A stretch of 64,000 bases of DNA from assembly GCA_033442325.1 (NCBI GenBank), contig JAWQFM010000002.1, forward strand, positions 105,947 to 169,946. The letters are read 5' to 3'. Origin of the DNA: Salpingoeca rosetta. Lineage: Eukaryota > Protista > Choanoflagellata. The translations under genes were made by a program, and so were the position numbers. Each line of letters begins with the position of its first letter. Positions within the stretch are counted from its first letter, which is position 1. The notes beneath the pieces were generated by a model that saw nothing but the letters and a program-made list of their open reading frames with translations, searched no databases and had not been told where the DNA came from. Positions 57,758 to 64,000 of this stretch are shown one piece after another.

Positions 57758-59300
57758 TCACGGTGCTTGCATTGCCTCTTGCTCCAGCATGGCCTTGATC
57801 TGACACAGCTCTGCTCGGACACAACAGCCACGGCAAACAAAACAAAAACCACATTGTGTGTTGGTGACGGTGGTGGTGTGAGATGATGGGCGTGGTACGA
57901 ACCGGGGGTCAGTGGCGGCGACGCACTCCAGTAAATCCACATGCACACGCACTCGCGGTTAATGCCGCCAGCAGAATAGAGCCAAACATCACGCACACAT
58001 ACACACACGCACGCACGCACACACACACGCACGTACGTACGCACGTACGCACACACACACATGTACACACACACACACATGTACACACGCGCGCGCGCGC
58101 ACCTGGGATGTCCTCACACCCGTCCAAGAGGAAAGGAAAGCGGCGCACGCACGCAATCTTGTCTTCCATGGTGAAGCTATCCGCTATTCCAAGCGCACCG
58201 GGCACCTGACGCGGCCGCTTGCCCGCAACGCGTCTGGACAGCACTTTGGTCACGGTCTGGAACATGGCGTCCATATCCAGGAAGGATGCCGTCTGCACAC
58301 GTGGTTGGAGAAGACGCGTGCAAAGGAGAGACAAGAGGGAGGGGGAGCAAGACAGCAGGCATGGTGGAAGGGGTGGTGCTTGTGAGCGCAAGTGAATGAG
58401 GGTGTGCTTCAGGTGTGTGTGTATGTGCTTGAAGTGTGTGTGTGTGTATGTGCTTGAAGTGTGTGTGTGTGTGTGTGCGTGTGTGTGTGTGTGCTTGAAG
58501 TGTGTGTGTGTGTGTGTGTGTGTGTTCGAGTGTTCACGTTTGGAAGATCTGCTGGGCGACGGCTGCGGACACCCCGCGTTACGAAATGCGTACCGTCATG
58601 AGCTCGAGAAGAAACGGTGCGGAGAGCTTGTCGAACAACGCCTTGTCACCATCTTGGAGAGGGGCGAGCGCCTTGAGATAGTCTGCCTCGATGGTCGGCA
58701 TGTCGTCACGACTGGTTGCATTCACGGGCTCGTCGCTCTGTACAGTGGTGGTGGTGGTGGTGGTGGTGGAGGCGAGTGCACGTACGTGAGACCACAGTGT
58801 GTGTGTGGGGGGGGGGGTGTTCAATGCCGCGTGCATTTGCCTCCGAGCACGTGAAGATGTGTGTGTGTGTGTGTTGGAAAACAGGTGATGCATTGTGTAC
58901 CTCATGTAGACGGCACCATGCAAGGACCTGAGATCACAGCAAGCAAGTGAAAGGAGTTGGCGTGAGGTGCTGGGCCGATGAACGACGGGTTCATACCACT
59001 GGTCGTCGTCAGGACGAGGCTATGGTAGACGCTGACGTGGAGGCAAGTGGCAGACAACGGAAGAGTGCGGACAACAGAACAGTGTACTTTGTCAAAGGCG
59101 GCCGATGAAGTGGCTGGCAACGGGATGGGCTCTTCATCCTCCTCCGTTTCAATGTCGGGGTCATCTGCCCCAAGATCTGTTCGCAGCACAGGTTCATGAG
59201 CAATCCAACGTACACACAACGCAGGGCAGCACAGCACAGCAATGTCAAACCATGTTCACCAGAAGGACAACCACAAATGCACACATGCACACGCACGCAG

Positions 59301-59344
<44 letters not shown>

Positions 59345-59829
59345 GCATACACACACGCACACGCACACGCACACGCACGCACACACACACACACACACAC
59401 ACACAAGCATACACACACACACGCACACACAAGCATACACACACCTGTCAACATGCGGGCGATGGTGGGCATCATCATGGCGTGGCGGATGGGAACCCGC
59501 ACGCGCCGGTCGTCCTTTGTCTGGAACGTGAGGTGGCGGCCGCGTTGCTGCTGTTGTTGCTGAGTTGCTGCATTGCCTTGCTGCTGTGTCCGTGTCCTGG
59601 CCGATGCTGGCGTGGAGATGGTGCTGAGCCGGGCACGTATGCCAGCACCAATGCTGAACAGCCGGCGCGACCTCATGCCACCGGCACTGTCATTACCACC
59701 ACCAACACTGCTACCACCATCCCCAGTGTCACCGGCGCCCTGAGTGCCACGTACACTGCGGGCCTGGCGGGCACTCGACGCAGACGACGACGCAGACGAG
59801 GAAGAAGCAATCGTGGCTCTCCTCATCAT
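57758..59829 (-). CDS. Divergent Skp1-like protein with low-complexity N-terminal extension, ~6 exons
   Basis: [25 protein letters not shown] | DLGADD..EPIPLP..AFDK | VLAWCRLH | ..LLELMT | [40 protein letters not shown], collinear with Skp1 (IKLQSSDG..SVTIKTMLEDLG..PVPLP..KVIQWC..LFELILAANYLDI..GKTPEEIR..NDFT). Confidence 0.85.
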
Positions 59830-60003
59830 CCTTGCTCAGCTTGTTGTTGGTGTTTGTGTGCTGTCATTTCCGCCTCTCTTCCTCTTCTTCCTCTTCCGCT
59901 TTTTGTGTTGTTGGCTTGTCAACCAATCTCATCAACCAACCAGGAAGCAACCAGCCGCACTTGAACCGCCAGACACACGAAGCACACCGCTCCGACCCAC
60001 GCG

Positions 60004-60980
60004 ATGGCGCTGTTCTTGAAGGTGAAGAGGGGGAAGAAGAGCATCTTCCTGGAGCCAAACGAGGGTGACAAGGTGCAGAAGGCCATTGATGTGATTGCAA
60101 GCGTGTTTGAGAAGGATTCCGACGACGTGGCGCTCGTGTATCAAGGCAAACAGCTTAACCCCGACAAAGTGCGCTCAGTTCGGTCGACTTGCTGTCTGTG
60201 AACGCGCGCGCGCGCGCGTGTGCGTGTGCGTGTGCGTGTGTGTGTGGGGGGGGTGTGCGTACCACTGCGTCTGCATTGCTCTTTCTGCGTCCTTCTGTGG
60301 TCTTGGTTGTATGCTGTGATACTGTGCACACGACATCGCACAACGTTGCTCGAACTGCTGTCACGTCCTTTTGTCTGCGCCAACACCACCATCACCACAA
60401 CAACAAGTAGTGGTTTGATTGTTCCATTCCTTGCTCATCTTCGTTGCCTGCTTGTGTGTGGCCGCTGACTTGTCCAGACGTTCAAGGACCAGGCCGTGAC
60501 GCACGCAAACTCGCAAATTGTGGAGCCCCTTCGTCTTCAGTACATCTTCCGTGGTGCGTACATGCTTCTCTGTGTGTGTGTGTGTGTCTGTGTGTCTGTG
60601 TGTGTGTGTGTGCGTGTGTGTGTTCGCGTCTGTGGTATACGTGTTGACGTGCTTGGCTCAACACAAGTACAATGATGCGTCGTTGCTGTGCAAGCGTGAG
60701 CACATTATTCACACCACCGTTCCTTCATTGTTGTTTGCTGTCTTCATCATCATCTTCTTCTTCGTCTTCTTCCTCGTCTTCTTCCTGCACCTCCTCCTTG
60801 TTCTTGTGTCGGTGGTATTCACACGCGCGCGCATGTTGCACAGAGGGCGGCCAGTGGCAGGAACCAGAGCCGGAGGAGGAGCCAGTGGAAGAGACATCGC
60901 AGGAGAACAGCACAGATCCGTCGCACGCATCAACCGCGCCGCATTTCCCTGCAGAGCTTGTCAAGCCACCCAACATGTAG
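60004..60980 (+). CDS. ELOB: Elongin B (ubiquitin-like adaptor), 3 exons (60004-60168, ~60478-60553, 60844-60980)
   Basis: MALFLKVKRGKKSIFLE..V..VIASVFEK..LVYQGKQLNPDK | TF..PLRLQYIFR | ..PHFPAELVKP aligns with recalled Elongin B (MDVFLMIRRHKTTIFTD..LLDDGKTL..VGLAFR..PELPDVMKP). Confidence 0.8.
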
Positions 60981-61230
60981 TGACATGCACGTACGCTACT
61001 ATTGCTGCGTGCACTCGCCTGTGTGTGTGCGTCTGTGTTTGTATTTGTGTGTGTGTGTGTGTTTGTGTTTGTGTTTGTGTGTGTGTGTGTTCATTGCGTG
61101 CACCATCCGTTTGCGCAGGTGCAACTTTTGTGTGCGTGTGTGTGTGTGTGTGTGTGTTTGAATTGGGAACGAGTTATTGGCGCGCTTGAGTGAGCTCCTC
61201 GCTGCTGATGCTGCCGTTAGTGTTGTTATT

Positions 61231-61231
61231 C

Positions 61232-61314
<83 letters not shown>

Positions 61315-61357
61315 CTTGTTCTTGTTCTTGTTGTTGTTGTTGTTGTTGTTGTTGTTC
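61231..61357. repeat. (GTT)n/(GTTCTT)n microsatellite, intergenic or 3' UTR
   Basis: Direct inspection. Confidence 0.9.
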
Positions 61358-62564
61358 ATGTGTGCTGGTGGTTTCTTGTGCTGCACTCGACATCATGCCT
61401 TGTCGCGATGAATTGCGTGCACTTTGTCTGTGCGTGTGTGTATGAGTGCGTGTGTGTGTGCGTGTGTGTGAATGAGTGGGTGGGTGTGTTTGACGTGTGT
61501 GTTTGTGTTTCATCGCCACATTACATAACGAAAGGAGGCCTGCGCAGCGTACCAGCGAGCACGTGAGAGGAGAGGGTGCGGGCTGGCGACTGGCTGGAGA
61601 GAGTTGGAAGCGAAAGCATACATGCAAACGAGGAGGGAGGAAGTACAGTCGGGAAGAACCCACCACAAGAACAGACACACAACAGCCGGCACCGCCACCG
61701 CATTGCGACAGCATAAATTGCGTCATCACATCATCATTTCGTTGTGCGAGGTTTGTTGTTTTGCTGCGTTGGCTTCTTTGCTTCCTTTGCTTCTTCTGTA
61801 GGCGCTTTCTCACGCCACCCAGCAGCCAGACTCATCATCACCAACACCTCCCAGCAGCCAGCCCCACACCTTGTTTCTTCTTTTTGGTTTCGGTTTGGTT
61901 GTGTCCAATCTCACGGCGGCCATCGCACCCGCTTCCTTCCTCCCTCCAACCACAGAGATCTCAAACGCATCGTCATCGCATCGTCTCAGACGCTCGTTTT
62001 CCGCTCACCTGCAAGCAACCACGCCACATAAACCCAAACAAACCAACAACAACAACAACGAACAATCACCCAGGTGCGTATCGTGTATGTGTGCGTGTGT
62101 GTGCGTGTTTCATGAGAGGTGACTGTGCTGCGTCACTTGTGCCGTGTGTGTGTGTGTGTGTGTGTGTAGATGGGTGGACATGGCAGCAAGTGCCAACGCA
62201 GCAGTTTTGTCTTGACTGTGTTTTGCTTCCCATGTTGCGCTGTGGGCTTGCCTTCAACCATACACTTTTGTCTGTACATCTTTTATCACCCCACTCTCCC
62301 CCGTTATTCACACACACACACACACACATACACACACGCACGCACGTGAATGCCCGCGTGTGCATCCATGCCTGACGTCGCTGACATTCTGTGCTTTTGT
62401 TTTGCTATGCTTGTTTGGTGATCGATTGTGCCGCCTTTTTCAATCGCATCAAACGCGACATGCCACCCTCGCTGTCTCGTGTGCTCCGTGATGGGGTTTC
62501 ACGCTCAGGCAAGGCCTCACCAGCCCATCTCAGCACAACACCGCGTCAGACAGCACCCGCCACC

Positions 62565-63159
62565 ATGGGCACTAAGGCGTACGATTATCTCTTCAAGCTG
62601 CTCCTCATTGGCGAGAGCGGTGTCGGAAAGACCTGCGTCCTCTTCCGCTTCTCAGACGACGCGTTCAACGCCTCCTTCATCTCAACCATCGGTGTGTGTG
62701 TGTGTGTGTATGTGTGCGTGCGTGTGTGTGTGCTTGTCCATGTCTACGCTGGCGTGTGTACTTGTGTGTGTGTGTGTGTGTGTGCGTGTCTGCGCTTGCG
62801 TGCCTAATGTTTGTGGGTGGGTACATTGTACGCCTGTACATGCATGCAGGTATCGACTTCAAGATCCGCACGATTGAGCTCGACGACAAGAAGATCAAGC
62901 TGCAGATCTGGTGCGTGTGTATGCGAACATGCGTCAACCATTCGCAAGCGTCGCCATCACCGTGTCACCAACACTGTATGATCAGACCGTGCATATCTCA
63001 TGCGAGGATTGCCTGCTTTTCCAATGCTGCGTTGCGTGATGTGCAGGGATACTGCAGGGCAAGAGCGGTTCCGCACAATCACAACCGCATACTACCGCGG
63101 CGCAATGGTGCGTTACCCACTGATGGCATTTGCTTTGGTCGAGGTGGAGATGATGATGA

Positions 63160-63253
<94 letters not shown>

Positions 63254-63867
63254 GACCTTGTGCGTGCATAACCATCCCTCCTGCCCCGTGCACACACACA
63301 CTCACATTCACACACTCGCACACTCACACACACACACTCACACACACACACACACATTCCCTCACTCACTCACATGGGCGCGTGGACACGCTTGCAGGGC
63401 ATCATGATTGTGTATGACATTACGAACCCAAAGTCGTTTGACAACGTGAAGAACTGGATCAAGAACATTGAGGAGAATGCATCGGAGGATGTTGAGCTAA
63501 TGCTGCTTGGCAACAAGTGCGACATGGAGGAAAGCCGCGCAGTCTCAAAGGAGCAGGGCGAGAAGGTGTGTGTGTGCGTGTGTGTGTGACTGCTTGTTTG
63601 TTTGTTTGCTTGCTTGCTTGCTCGTTTGTGTGGTTGTGTATGCATCGCAGATGACGTGCTGTGTGTACCAATGAATCGACACTGTGTGTTGCCGCTCCCG
63701 ACCAACAACACGACGAAACACTTCTCACACTCCCCTCCCCTTTGGCTTGCAGCTTGCGAGCGATTACGGCATCCCATTCCTGGAGACGAGTGCAAAGGCG
63801 AACATCAACGTGGAGGAGGCCTTCTTCCAGCTCGCGCGAAACATCAAGAAGAAGATGGACAGCAAAG
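62565..63867 (+). CDS. RAB8: Rab8-family small GTPase (Rab8/10/13 clade); 5 coding exons seen, C-terminal exon beyond the window; probable 5' UTR intron 62074-62508
   Basis: gccaccATGG start; [36 protein letters not shown] | [19 protein letters not shown] | [20 protein letters not shown] | [14 protein letters not shown] | [11 protein letters not shown]. Confidence 0.93.
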
Positions 63868-63908
63868 TGCGTGCACACATGCACACGGGCGGTTGTCGTT
63901 GGTGTTGG

Positions 63909-63987
<79 letters not shown>

Positions 63988-64000
63988 GTTTTGTGTGGCT

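Noticed and set aside
62391-62564. In-frame N-terminal extension of Rab8 (MPPSLSR...)
   Set aside because: The upstream ATG lies in a probable 5' UTR intron (62074-62508), and the ATG at 62565 has an ideal gccaccATGG context at the usual Rab8 start.
62610-62633. Rab8 P-loop GESGVGKT instead of GDSGVGKT
   Set aside because: Conservative change at a variable position, common in other Rabs.

Overview
Eukaryotic, gene-dense, extremely intron- and microsatellite-rich DNA (short exons, GT-AG introns full of (GT)n/(CA)n/(CACT)n/(GTT)n) with four assembly gaps. Gene content and sequence style suggest a choanoflagellate such as Salpingoeca (inference, not proven). Most ORFs in the supplied track are repeat artefacts, so genes were rebuilt by hand across splice sites. 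Genes recognised, in order: RNA Pol III largest subunit (RPC1, -, runs off the left edge), TAF2 (+), eIF1/SUI1 (-, central exons absent from this sequence), an intronless vWA protein (-), an ASK1-family MAP3K (+), a C1orf52/UPF0690-like gene (-), a 49-aa single-TM microprotein with an intron-split ATG (-), ovothiol synthase OvoA (+), mitochondrial uL13 (-), cobalamin adenosyltransferase MMAB (+), PELP1/Rix1-like (+), a secreted Cys/Thr-rich protein (+), a signal peptide + ankyrin + HDEL protein (+), a divergent Skp1-like gene (-), Elongin B (+) and Rab8 (+, runs off the right edge). Most notable: a predicted ER-luminal ankyrin-repeat protein with duplicated 4-Cys modules; the microprotein whose start codon reads ATG-TGA unless spliced; a tail-anchored MMAB; an ASK kinase with DFN and a Thr-less activation loop; and a GU-then-CA repeat polarity in introns. 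All family assignments rest on recalled motifs; no searches were run.
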